Shown piece by piece: positions 25,092 to 37,571 of a DNA stretch of 64,000 nt; position 1 is the first letter of the stretch, and the number at the start of each line of letters is the position of its first letter. The notes beneath the pieces were generated by a model. The model was given only the letters and a program-made list of their open reading frames with translations. It ran no database searches and was not told where the DNA came from. The DNA is from Salpingoeca rosetta (taxonomy: Eukaryota > Protista > Choanoflagellata), in the NCBI GenBank assembly GCA_033442325.1, contig JAWQFM010000027.1, positions 67,844 through 131,843 of the forward strand. Direction: 5' to 3'. The translations under genes and the position numbers were made by a program.

Positions 25092-26294
25092 ATGGAGCGT
25101 GCGTCGTTGTTTGCGGTGGTGCTGTGCGCTCTGGCTTGCAGAGCTGCGCTTGCTGTGGACATCCCCGAAGGTACGATTGAGAGACGTGTTGGGTTGTCGT
25201 CGAAGGTGGAGGGAGGTGTGCCATTGTGTGTGTCGGGGGATCCACCGTTGTGTCAGCTCCTGCTATCGGTCATCGGTTGCTTCGTATTTGTGTTTCGGTG
25301 GGAGGACTGCTTTTTGTTTGCGTTTGTTTACAATTGGTGGCCTTGTCTCGTGCCCCTGATGTGTTGTTGCACGTTGCTACGCCCTGCGTGTCTTGCTGGT
25401 TCGCTGATCGCCGATTAGGATGCCAGAGCTGCTCAAAGTCAAGCCCTTGCTACAAGTCTGGCGGGTGCTATCCTCGCATTCGTGAGTTAACGCGTGTCTG
25501 CGACAGCAGCGTTGTTGCCTTGCGCATGCGTCAACTGCGATTGCTCGATCGCGTCACCCGTCTTCCCTGCTGAGCATGCTCTGCTGCTGGGTGTCCACGC
25601 TTGTGTGTTCTGCTCTTTCCTGAGCTCACATTGCCTTTGGTGTTTGACAACAGTCGGCACAAACCCGATGGCATGTGGCGTGGGCCATTTCGATTGCCTG
25701 GATGTTGGTCGAACCGCCGATAAGTTTCCCTTCTGTGCCGGCTGCCAACTTGTCTACCAAGGAGGTGTGGCTGTGTGTGTATGTGCCTGTGTGTGTGTGT
25801 GTGTGTGTGTGTGTTTGTCTATCTGTCTGTGTCTGTGTGTATGTATTTTGCCTCTGTAGTTTTATCTCTCTCTCTCGCCAGGTTTATCTGCCTGTCTTTG
25901 CGTGCGAGCAGCAATCCATCAGCATCGCATGCAAACTGTTATGTTGTGATCGCTCACCGCCATACACACCCCACTACGCCTTGACGTTGCAGGTTCCGTT
26001 GAAAGCAATGGCGCCGTCTCACAGGGCCGCTGCCGGCACGCCGCCGTCTCAAGCGTGAGTTGCCGCTGTGGATGTGCGAATTTGTGCGCCTCCACATGCG
26101 CTTTCACATGCGCGGCGTGCTTTGTACATCTGTGTCTCATATGCATATCTCACACACGTCGCCCGCTTGTTGACGCTACTCGCGTTGTCGCTGTCGCCAC
26201 TCGCCAACCAGCTATGCTTTTCGTGGGATTTTTCCCTGAACACATGCTTCTCTGGCACGAAACCTTGCTTGAGCAACAGTGCACAGCTTGGAGG

Positions 26295-26368
<74 letters not shown>

Positions 26369-26590
26369 GTGTGGTGACTGCCTTGCTGCTTGTGCGCGCT
26401 TGTGATCATGTGCTATCGCCGTTTGCTTCATGCGGTGCACTTGTCAACTGCTCACACGCAAACATCTGCTTGGCTTTGTTGGCTTGGCAGGTTGGCGACA
26501 CAATTCGCTGGACAGTCGTGGGCACCAAACCCCAGACCATCCACTCGCCCCCTAACTCCGAAGGGTTCTACTCAATCGGGTACGCGCACG

Positions 26591-26655
<65 letters not shown>

Positions 26656-27595
26656 ATGAGTATCCGTGTACACGTGGCCTCCGCCCGTTTCTGCAGTGCC
26701 TGACGGTGTGTTTGTCGAGACGCATTTGCGTACACGGCCCCACCCATCGCTGCTCCTGCCGCCCCATTTGCGTGTGCCGCTGCGTCCACCTCACACACGC
26801 GTGGTTTATCGATGGCACCACAGGTCTGGCAAGCTGCCGCCGGGCGCCACGTTCTACTACACGTTCAAGGAGGAGGGCACGTTCACGTACATGTCGCGGT
26901 TGACTGCCGGCCTCGACGGAACAGTGATTGTGACGGATGGCACCACCAGCGCAGCAGCAACAACAGAAGCGGCAACCACCAGCGCAGCAGCAACAACAGA
27001 AGCGGCAACCACCAGCGCAGCAGCAACAACAGAAGCGGCAACCACCAGCGCAGCAGCAACAACAGAAGCAGCAACCACCAGCGCAGCAGCAACAACAGAA
27101 GCAGCAACCACCAGCGCAGCAGCAACAACAGAAGCAGCAACCACCAGCGCAGCAGCAACAACAGAAGCAGCAACCACCAGCGCAGCAGCAACAACAGAAG
27201 CAGCAACCACCAGCGCAGCAGCAACAACAGAAGCAGCAACCACCAGCGCAGCAGCAACAACAGAAGCAGCAACCACCAGCGCAGCAGCAACAACAGAAGC
27301 AGCAACCACCAGCGCAGCAGCAACAACAGAAGCAGCAACCACCAGCGCAGCAGCAACAACAGAAGCAGCAACCACCAGCGCAGCAGCAACAACAGAAGCA
27401 GCAACCACCAGCGCAGCGGCAACAACGACAACAACGACATCATCATCTTCATCGACAACAACAACGACGACGACAATCCTCACGTCTGCACCAACAACAA
27501 CAACAACAACAACAACCACAACAACAACAATCACCGCCACCGCTCTCCCAGCACCCCCCTTTCTGCCATCTACATCCTCCACCACCACCACCACC

Positions 27596-27694
<99 letters not shown>

Positions 27695-27986
27695 GCCCCT
27701 GCTCGCCCCGGCAAGCGCCCTCCGCCTCCGCCCACGTCGTCGTCGTCGTCGACATCTGTACCGGTGACCATCGGCGCTCCCCAGCGGTCTGCATCCGTGG
27801 ACGCCGCATCCGTCGCAGGCAGCGCTGTCGGCGGTCTCGCAGGTACACGCACACGCGCACACGCACACACACACACACACACANNNNNNNNNNNNNNNNN
27901 NNNNNNNNNNNNNNNNNNNNNNNNNNNNNNNNNNNNNNNNNNNNNNNNNNNNNNNNNNNNNNNNNNNNNNNNNNNNNNNNNNNACA

Positions 27987-28085
<99 letters not shown>

Positions 28086-28556
28086 TCACGAACTCGCTTA
28101 CTCACTCGCTCGCCCACTCACCCACTCACCCCCTCGCCCGTACACGCTTTCCACGTCATTCGCCTCTCGGCAGGCATGGTCATCATCATTGCTTTGATTC
28201 TGCTGTTTGTGCGCCGCCGACGTAACTCAGCCAACGCAGGTCTGTCACCCCATGCACCTCATGTACCCATGTACCTCATGCACCTCCAAGTCCACCCCCA
28301 TCCCAGTTGGATCGATGTGTGGTTGTGTTCCCTTGTCTTTTTGGTGCCAATCACCTCAACGCCTCATCTATGTGCATATCCCAACACCGCCGCCCATCGC
28401 GGTTGCCTGCATATACGACAGCTGGCAAGAGCAAGGTGCCAGCCCCGCCATCACGTGGGGCGCAGCGACCGGCAAACCACGTCGGCCAATACATGGTCCC
28501 CGTCTCAAACATGTTCCTGCCAGACTACGAAGAGCCAGATGCCATCAGGTGTGTGT

Positions 28557-28588
<32 letters not shown>

Positions 28589-29668
28589 TTGTCTCTGTGT
28601 GTGTGTGTGTCTGTGTGTGTCTGTGTGTGTGTGTGTGTGTGTGTCTGTATGTCTGTGTCTGTCTCCCGTCGTTTGCTTTCTGTCCTTCTGTCTGTCTACG
28701 TTTGTCTTTTTGTTTCTGTTTGTGTGCCCGCGTCTGTCTGCCGTGTCAAGCCTCCCCCCCCCTTCCCCCGGTCCTGCTCACATGTCCCATTGTGGTGTTC
28801 GCTCGCCAGCCCAAACCGGGTGTACGAGCTGCCGATGCACACGGGAAAGACGGCGCCACCGGCCTACGCAACAGCAGCAGCAGTCAGCGTCGCCCGCACC
28901 AAGACCGCCCTGTACGACGTGGGCGATGGCGGCGATGGTCAGGCCATCTACGACAACGCTGTGGAGGAGGACGTGCAGGGCTTTGGGGTCCCACTCTACG
29001 ACAGGGCATCGCAACAACAGCCGCCGCAGAAGCAAACCCAGGGCGCACCGCTCTATGATGTCGCATCACAACAGCAGCAGCAGAACACGGCTCCGCTGTA
29101 TGACATTGCAACCACCGTGACGCCACAACAGCAGCACGAACAGCTGCGAGGGTTTGATGTCCCCTTGTACGATGTCGCTTCGCAACAGCAGCAGACGCAG
29201 CGGCGTGCAGGCGCGCTTGCTGTCGACGTGACGTACGACAACCCAACAGCCAAGTCCCTGGCCAACGTTGGCAATGATGAAGATGAGGAGGAGAAGGACG
29301 GTGCAAAGGCACGAGCCAACGCCCCCACCTACGATATGGCCTCACCAATGCCAGCGCACTATGCGGAGAACCCGCGCCACCGCGCCCTGCACCCATCGTA
29401 CGACGTGGCCACGTCCGAGACAGACGGCGGTGGCGACGACGACCTCTACGCCACAGCGGCTGACGTTGCGCACAGCGACAAGAACACGCACCAGCAAGCA
29501 GCGGCCACGGACAAGAACACGGACCCCGATGGTGGATATCTGATTACGTTCCCCTCCTCCTCGCAAACGCCCTCGCGGCAGCAGCGGCCGCCTACCCTGC
29601 CCACCTCCACCACGTACGACAACATTGGCGATGACGGCGAGGCGCTGTACTCTGCACCAACACTCTGA
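25092..29668 (+). CDS. Type I membrane receptor-like protein A: signal peptide, Cys-rich small exons, cupredoxin-like domain, Thr/Ala mucin stalk, TM, Tyr-rich cytoplasmic tail
   Basis: Signal MERASLFAVVLCALACRAALA. VGDTIRWT...H...SGKLPPGATFYYTFKEEGTFTY...GTVIV. TM VAGSAVGGLAG|MVIIIALILLFVRRRR. Tail has about 18 Tyr, 10 of them in YD motifs. Some internal exon boundaries are uncertain. Confidence 0.85.
26942..27420 (+). repeat. Coding 33-bp tandem repeat (~14.5 copies, TTSAAATTEAA); a separate (ACA)n poly-Thr tract follows at ~27600-27692
   Basis: Unit accaccagcgcagcagcaacaacagaagcagca is repeated nearly perfectly without spacers. Confidence 0.95.
27884..27983. other. Assembly gap (100 N) inside a (CA)n intron tract
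   Basis: Run of N. Confidence 1.
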
Positions 29669-30606
29669 CGATGACGCAGCGACAAGCACGCCGCATTGGA
29701 GCATTTCCTCTTGCCTGTGCCTCGCTCTCTCGTTGGATTTTACATTACCGTCTTTCTGTTTTTTCCTCTGGTTTTGTTGCTCCTTTTCCTTGCTTGTTAT
29801 TTGACTTTTGGTTCATCCTCATCCACGCGCAAGCGAGATGCATGAACATCGTTGTTCTGTTGTTACTTGGGTTTCTTCTTCCCCTCCCGTGCAAGTTCAA
29901 CACACTGCTCCTGGCTTGTTTTGTCCTTGAATGGGGGGACTCCATGCATTTGTGTTCGCCATGATTCCTGCTGTTACGTGACAACGTTATGTGAAGTTCT
30001 TCTTGATTTGATGCTGTCCCTCACTAACAGTCTTCTTCTTCTTTTCAAGCACGAAGGCATCCTTCCTTCAGTCCCAACTCCTTCCTAATGCCAGTGCTTC
30101 CTTGCTTGTTTTGCTTCTTTGCTGTTGTTGTTCCTGCCTTCCACAAGCAAGCAACAGCTGTCGTTCCTGGAGTCGCTGGTCGCCTTGAACACCTTCATTT
30201 GCTGCTTGTTCGCTTCATTCATTCATACAAGCTGATGAGTGGTGCCAACCAAAGGCAAAGGAAAGCAACAACAACCCACAACAACCCACACGCACACACG
30301 CCCAGACCCACACTCGTCTCATGCTGCTGAAATTTAATGGAAAACATTCATCATTCCTCGTGCCTCGCCCCTCGCCTTTGAAGTCCTTTTTGCTTGCGTG
30401 GGTGCGTGCGTGTGCGTGCGTGCGGGTGGGTGAGGATTGGACGAGCGACAAGACTCTTAAGACTGTGACAGGACCGTCGCAAGACTGTGACAAGGCTGTG
30501 ACAAGAGTGACAAGAGCCGGCAAAGGGAGAAGGAGGAGGAGTCCTGCAACAAAAGCAAACAGGCCCGCGCAACAAGGGAACAGAAGAACAGTCATTTACT
30601 TTAGTC

Positions 30607-31096
30607 ATGGCGGTGCTGCCGCTTGCCGCCATCCACGCGGTGACGCTGGTGGCAGTTGCGTCCTCGCTCTTGTTCGTGAGCCAGTTCCCGTACCACTGCA
30701 TTGCTGGCAGCCCAGGCATAGTACCAGGGTACCAGTCTCCACCAGATCTGACAGAGGCAGAGGTGACTGGCGTGCCCCTGGACTACCTCGACGCAAGCTT
30801 GGATGCGCCCGCGCCCCTCGTCAACTTCAAAGAGTTCTCTGAGGTGCATGTGTGTGTGCGTATGCGTGTGTGCGTATGCGTGTGTGCGCGTGAAAGTGCG
30901 CGTAGCTCCTGGTTTTCGTTGCCTGCAAGCACGCAAGAGCAATACAACCACACAAAAATTGCGAGCACAAGAGCTTGCTCCCTAACTCACTCTCTCACTC
31001 ACTCACTCACTCACACACACACACACACTCACACACACACACACACAGCTTGCTCACTAACTCACTCACTCACTCACTCACACACACACACACACA

Positions 31097-31153
<57 letters not shown>

Positions 31154-34100
31154 CCACACACACACACACACCTACACACCCACACACTCTCTCTCTCACA
31201 CACACACACACCTACCCACTCACACACACACGCTCTCTCTCTCTCTCGCACACACACTCACTCACACACGCTCACTCACTCATGCACACTCACCCACTCA
31301 CTCTCAATCTCACTACAGGAGTTTGCACTCGAAGTGCAGTTTGCGCAGCAAGAATACCAGCTCATGACACTCCGCACAGCCACAATGCTGCAGATGCTGG
31401 TGGCTTCCATTGAATTTGAGCTCCTGGTCAAGAACGGTTATGAGCCTCGCCCAGACACGCCCACCCAAGCGCCCGAGCTCAGGCACGTCGGGCGGGCCCT
31501 GGCCCTCGGCTCTGCAGACAAGCCCTCCTCAGCCAGCGCAGATGTCCTGGCCGAGATTGCAGAGTACGCTAGGGAGGTCGGGTTCGAGTTCATTTCCATC
31601 CCTGACAACATTGAGACAGACAACTACGTCTATGTCAGCACCGTGCAGGCAGACTGCCGCGACCACGCCGCAGACGTGCTCTTCATCTTGGACAGCAGCG
31701 GCGACGTTGACCAAGACTTCTCCCAACTTCGGTCGTACGCCGTGCAAACCGCCTCCCGCTTCGACATCAGCCCTTCCCAGACCCGCATCGCCTTCATGAC
31801 ATACGCAACCACGCCCTCGCGCCTGTACACGTTGAACGCTGCGGAATTCCTTTCCGCAGACGAGCTGTTGGCCCATGCTGCTACGGAGAACTTTCGAGGG
31901 GGTGAGTACGAGTGGAGCGCTGAGGCTGCTGCTCTGCGATGCTGCTTCATGGTGTCTGGGTGTGCTGTACCTCAGCTTTCTCCTTTTGTACACTATTCAA
32001 CCATCGTTTTCGTCTTTTGGCTGTGGCCGCGGCTGTCAGGTTGCAACGCGCACGCGACTACGCTCCAATCTTCTCTCACTTCCTCACCTTCCACGCACAC
32101 CCCTGACGGCCTTCAGGTTTCACCAACACCGGGGCGGCTCTGGCTGCTGCACGACAGGCGGTATTCGGCGAAAAATATGGAGTGAGTGTCATCTCGGATG
32201 TTCGGCGAGCTGTGAGCCCTGAGTTATTGCGGTGCGCGGTTGCGGTTGTTGTTACTGTTAGTGTGATGATGATGAACTTGCTGCAGGTTGAAGACGGAGG
32301 CAGGGTTGATTTGCGGTTGCTTGGTTGCAATCTCGCAGCAGCTACAGAGCAACGACTCACTCTCATTCATCACCCGCACACGCACACGCACACGCACACG
32401 CACACACGCGTGCAATGCAACACAGATGCGCCCTGCGTACCTGGGCATTCCCCGCATTGCAGTGCTGTTCGTGAGTCACTCGGCCCATGACAGCTTCATC
32501 GCGCCTGCACGCCAGCTCCGCGAGCACGGAGTCACCGTCATCGTTGTTGGTATGGCGATGCCCACTTGCGTCTTGGTCTTCGGCTTGCGTATTACCCTTT
32601 AGTGCACATGCAAGCTTGCAGTGCACCTACTTGTTCAGATGTCTGCCTGCCCCACGTTATCTTGCAGGTCATGAGTGCACCACCACGGCCTTCAGCTCTC
32701 TCTCTCCTTCTCTCTCTCTCTATGTCTCCCTGTCTGTCTTGCTTGCTTGATCTCTTGTTCTCTGTCTGTGGTTGAGAGAGGTTCTCACCAATCCTTCCAA
32801 CCACGTGTATGCACGTGTGACAACAGGGACGGGGAGTGTGTCGACGAACGAGATGGCGCTGATTGCCAGCGAACCCGTCAGCGAAAATGTCATCCGCATC
32901 GGCGACGTTCCAAAGTTTGTGGTGCTGCCCCAGTTGGTGGCGGCCACCATGTGCAGGCAGCCAGTCATTGTCGACACAGCCAATGCGGTGAGTAGCAGCA
33001 TGAGAGGCGGGGTTGCTTGTGTGGGGTTGTCCCTGTAGTGCTCTGTGTGTATGTGTGATCTGTGTGTATGTGTGATCTGTGTGTATGTGTGCTCTGTGTA
33101 CGTGCTTATGTGTGTGCTCTGTGTGTATATGTGTACGTGTGTGATCTGTGTATGTGTGTGTGTGTGTGTGTGCCTGACCGACTGTCTGCCTGACTGTCTG
33201 CCTGAGCTTGTGCGCATCACGTCGCGTTTGTTCCGTCATGGCTCATGTGCCTTGCACCATCGCCCACCACATCACAACACTGCCTTCCTTCTCATGGATG
33301 CTTCACGACACCAGGTGCTGGTCCGTGGTTTGCCACCACGGGCGTTTCGCTTCTACCGCCTCAATCCCATGTTCAAGCGGCTGCAGCGCATCAACTTCTT
33401 CATGGAAATGTTCAGCGGCCAGACGTGAGCCTATCGAGCGCGTGTCCACTCTGATGTCTTGGCCTTGTTACACTGCGTACCTTGCATGCACGCACGCACG
33501 CACATTCGCACAGATGCATGCCAGTAGATTCCCAAGCTCATTCACCGCACGCACACACAACACGCCACACACAACACGCTACACACAACACGCTACACAC
33601 CACACACACACACACACGCACACACACACACACTCACTGACGCTGCGTTCATACATACGCACCGTTTTACCAGGGACGTGTTTGTGTCGATGAACGGAAC
33701 GCTTGTTGGGCCATATCACCACGACATAGCGTACACGACACGCGAGACTGCCAAAGCGTTTTCCATTGCCAACTTCTCTTCATTTGATGCTGTCACGTTC
33801 GCTGTGCAGGGGCGCCCCACCTCGCTCATCACCGCTGCGTCGTTTCGCCTCAACCTCGTCAACGCCATGTTCACCGGTGGACCCGTACATGCGGTCTCGC
33901 TGCCCTTCACTGCTGCCCGTCCGGGAAAGACCGTGTCGCTACCTCCTTTGGAGGCGACAGGGGAGAGCGCGGTTGGCACAGCGGTGACGCTGCTGCTTCA
34001 GGGATTTGACAACACGACGTTCATTGTCACCGCAGGTGGACAGCGCGTGCGGCTGACACAGTACATCATGCTTGGGGACTCACACCGCACGCTCGTGCTG

Positions 34101-34689
34101 GGGCGGAACATGTCGGATCCACTTAACATTGGCGGTGTGCTGCTGCAGGTGATGAGCGCACAGATCACGACGATGACAACCACAGTGACAACCACAGTGA
34201 CAACCACAGTGACAACCACAGTGACAACCACCACCACCACCACAACGTCAGTCGCAACAACTACAACAACAACAACAACGACCACCACTTCGACTGTCGG
34301 GGGTCCAGCAACAGTGCCTTCAACTACGACTACGAGCGATACGCCGCTGCCACCCACCACGTCACCAGCACCGCCAATGCAGCAGGGGCCGCAGGGCACA
34401 ACCACAATCACAACCACAACCACAACCACAACCACAACCACAACCACAACAACGATGTTTACCACGACTACAACAACGACGACGGTATTCACCGCCACCA
34501 CAACTGCTGCCACCAGCACGACAACTACCACAAACGGAGCAAGGCATACAATCAACCCAACTACCGCCACTTTGCACGCCACAAGCGCAGCCATTACACC
34601 ATCAATCCCATTAACGACTGCCACAAGCACCACCGTCGCCACTACGACACCAAGTACCCCTGTGCCAAGTACAACAGCTACCCCATCAA

Positions 34690-34729
<40 letters not shown>

Positions 34730-35460
34730 GCCACTGTTTGCTGGTGGTCGGCAGTCATCATCGTCAGTGGATACAGCGACGGTTGCGGGCAGCGCTGCAG
34801 GCGGCTTTGCTGGTGCGTGAGTGAGAGAGAGAGAGAGTGTGTGTGTGTGTGTGAGTGTGGGGTTTTATTGGGGAAAACTCGCTGAAATCTTACACTGCTC
34901 CCAGCGCTCAGAGATGGGGAAGGCAATTGCGGCAAAACAAAAGGGCAGCGGTGTGTGTGTGTTCACACTTGTGTCGCTCATTGGCAACCCTCCTCTCGAG
35001 TACAGCAGCTGACATGTGTCGATCACCCCCCCCTCTCTTCTCTCCACTCCTATATTTGTGGGTCACTAAGAATCGGGTTCGGATGTTACCACAGACAATA
35101 TGCAGTGCAAAGAAACGCTTACAGCACAAAGGTCGCGCAGAACGCGCGAGTCTTACTCCGAATGTAATATACGTATCTGGGTACATTAAAGCCGCTTATG
35201 CACGCAAGATCAGCCTGTGGGTACGATATGCGGAGTAAATAAGTGGATAGGAATCCACTATATTTCGAATAACAGTCCATGGGGGAGTCGATAGAGAGAT
35301 GTGCGAGGTGATTGTGGTGCCGTCCCGCAAAACCTTATCTGCTATTTAGAGTACTTACATGGACATCCATTGCTATCTCGTATAACTAGCGCCCTTGCCG
35401 CTCGGACGTCGGTGCTGCCCTCCGGCCTTGATAAATATTCCAATTTGTTACGTTCGTCGT

Positions 35461-35535
<75 letters not shown>

Positions 35536-36108
35536 ACGGATGTGCGTCATTTGTTCGTCATTTCCTCTCCACCTCTTGCCATCCCCCACTCCTCACCCCC
35601 ACACTCCTTTTTATCCCCCACCTACACCCACATCACATATATGCGTTCTCTGTCATGGCGGCCACGCAGGGACGGTGTGGAGTATGAGGTACCGCGATCA
35701 TTTGGACACGTGACAGGGGCCGTGCAGATGGGTGAGCCCGTGAAGATCAACCACACACGCGCTGTCATGTATGACATAGGCAATGACGGCAGCCCAAACT
35801 ACGACATGCCCTCCTCATTGCAAACAACACACGCGCCAACAGCAGCAGCAGCAGCGAGGAAAACAGCCCACGGCGTACGCATGGCCATGCTTCAGGATGT
35901 TGGCGAATCGGGGACCGACACCACCACAGCTGCCACTGCCGGCAACGGCAGGCCCACATATGAGGAGGTGGGCGTCACCGAGACGGCAAATGATAATGAG
36001 GAGGTGTTGGGCTTTGCTTCGCTGTCCACAACAAGCACAACGGCACCCAGCTCAACCGGTTATGACAACATTGGTGACGATGGACAAGTGGTGTACGCTT
36101 CACCGTAG
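30607..36108 (+). CDS. Receptor-like protein B: signal peptide, VWA domain, beta-rich region, Thr-rich stalk, Tyr-motif tail. The TM exon could not be found (see findings)
   Basis: ADVLFILDSSGDV...SRFDISPSQTRIAFMTY...GFTNTGAALAAARQAVF...PRIAVLF...LREHGVTVIVVG...EMALIASEP is a VWA pattern. Stalk ends SVDTATVAGSAAGGFAG. Last exon 35670-36108 ends GYDNIGDDGQVVYASP*. Confidence 0.8.
35051..35460. other. Compositionally anomalous ~410 bp block of unknown origin interrupting receptor B
   Basis: About 47% GC and ~35 TpA dinucleotides (hand count), no microsatellites, and no credible exon. Unlike the surrounding TpA-poor sequence. Confidence 0.65.
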
Positions 36109-36884
36109 ACGGTGGCGTGGTGTTGCTGCGCGTTACTGCTGCCCACACGGTGCTGCTGCTCGTCGTTCCGTTACTGTTGCGTCGAGCGAAGATGACTGTG
36201 TCATCTGTGTGTGCAGAATGTGTGTGCATCGTGTGTTGTGTGTGTGTGTGATTGTTTGCCTCTGTGTGTGTGCATGGTGTGTGTGTATGTGACTGTTTGC
36301 CCCTGTGTATATGGTTGCGATTGTTTGTGCCTGTGTGCATGTGCGTTTCTTCATTCCATCGTTCACCTCCATGAGACACACCTGGCCGTTCCCCTCCTCT
36401 CCGCCCTTCGCCCAAACCCTTCCACCACGCCCGCCTACGTTTCTCTTCACAATAGACACATCGTTCTCGATCAATGCTCGGGATTTTGCTGCTCATTGCA
36501 CGTGGAGACGGTGCTGCGTGCGCGGGCGTGTGATTGAGGGTCGCACACGCACACTTGAACAGCGACAGTCACGAAATGTCAAGAAGGATGCGTGGTGCCA
36601 GGCACAATGCAAGACGAAGACGCAGAGCAAACGAGTGGCAGCGTGCACACGAGCCTGCCTGGCACACAGGTAACAAACACGAGGTAACAAACACAACACA
36701 ACACCAAGCAAAGTAGAGCGCACATCGTTTGAAGCGATGCCACGGACAACAGCACACATTTGCATCACGACACTGTTGTGTCACAACCAGCATGAAACAT
36801 GGCAAGATGTCAGAACAACGACTTCACAACACACCCACACACTCTCACTCACACCATCAGCCCGGGTGACGTCGTGTCCGGCAA

Positions 36885-37500
36885 TCACCACACCACGTGT
36901 GCGGGGCGCCCAGCCTTCCTCTTGGCCCCATCACCATCATCACCATCATCACCATCATCGCCATCATCGCCATCATCGCCATCATCGTCATCGTGATTGC
37001 GGGCAGCATCACTGCCCCCACCGGCGCCCTTGCTTCGCTTCAGCGGCGGCATGCAGCCCGCGTGCCTGGACAGAATCTCCCGCCAATTCGGGTCCTTCAC
37101 CCACAGTTCCTCGAGGTCGGATGCGTTGCCGCTCTGTGGGTTTGGCCAGACGGGCGGCAGGTGTATCGGGTGCTCCTCCCCCGCCCTGTACACACGCACG
37201 GGGACGATGCGCTTGCGCACGTGGCGCGTCTGCTTGTGGCAGTCCTCAAGGTGCACGTCGACGTCTTCAATGCGAAGCAGCGTCACATCGGCTGCCGTGC
37301 CCGCGCGGAGACTGCCAATCCGGTCAGACCACCCTGATGTGGTGGTGGACAGTGGGTGATGATGGTGATGGCAGGTGATGGTGGTGATGACAGGTGATGG
37401 TGATGGTGGTGGGGTGAGGGAGGTGTAAGCGGGCGAAACGAGCTGTTGGCTATCAGGAGGACGCGTGAAATCACGCGTACACATGCACACATCTATGTGT

Positions 37501-37571
<71 letters not shown>

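Noticed and set aside
26942-27420. 33-bp repeat array as a possible CRISPR
   Set aside because: No unique spacers. The repeats are head-to-tail and in frame within a mucin stalk, and no cas genes are present.
35189-35238. agccgcttatg...gcgg resembling group II intron domain V or a structured RNA
   Set aside because: Stem geometry does not fit domain V and there are no matching intron ends or RT ORF. The short inverted repeats may be chance. Kept only as part of the anomalous-block finding.
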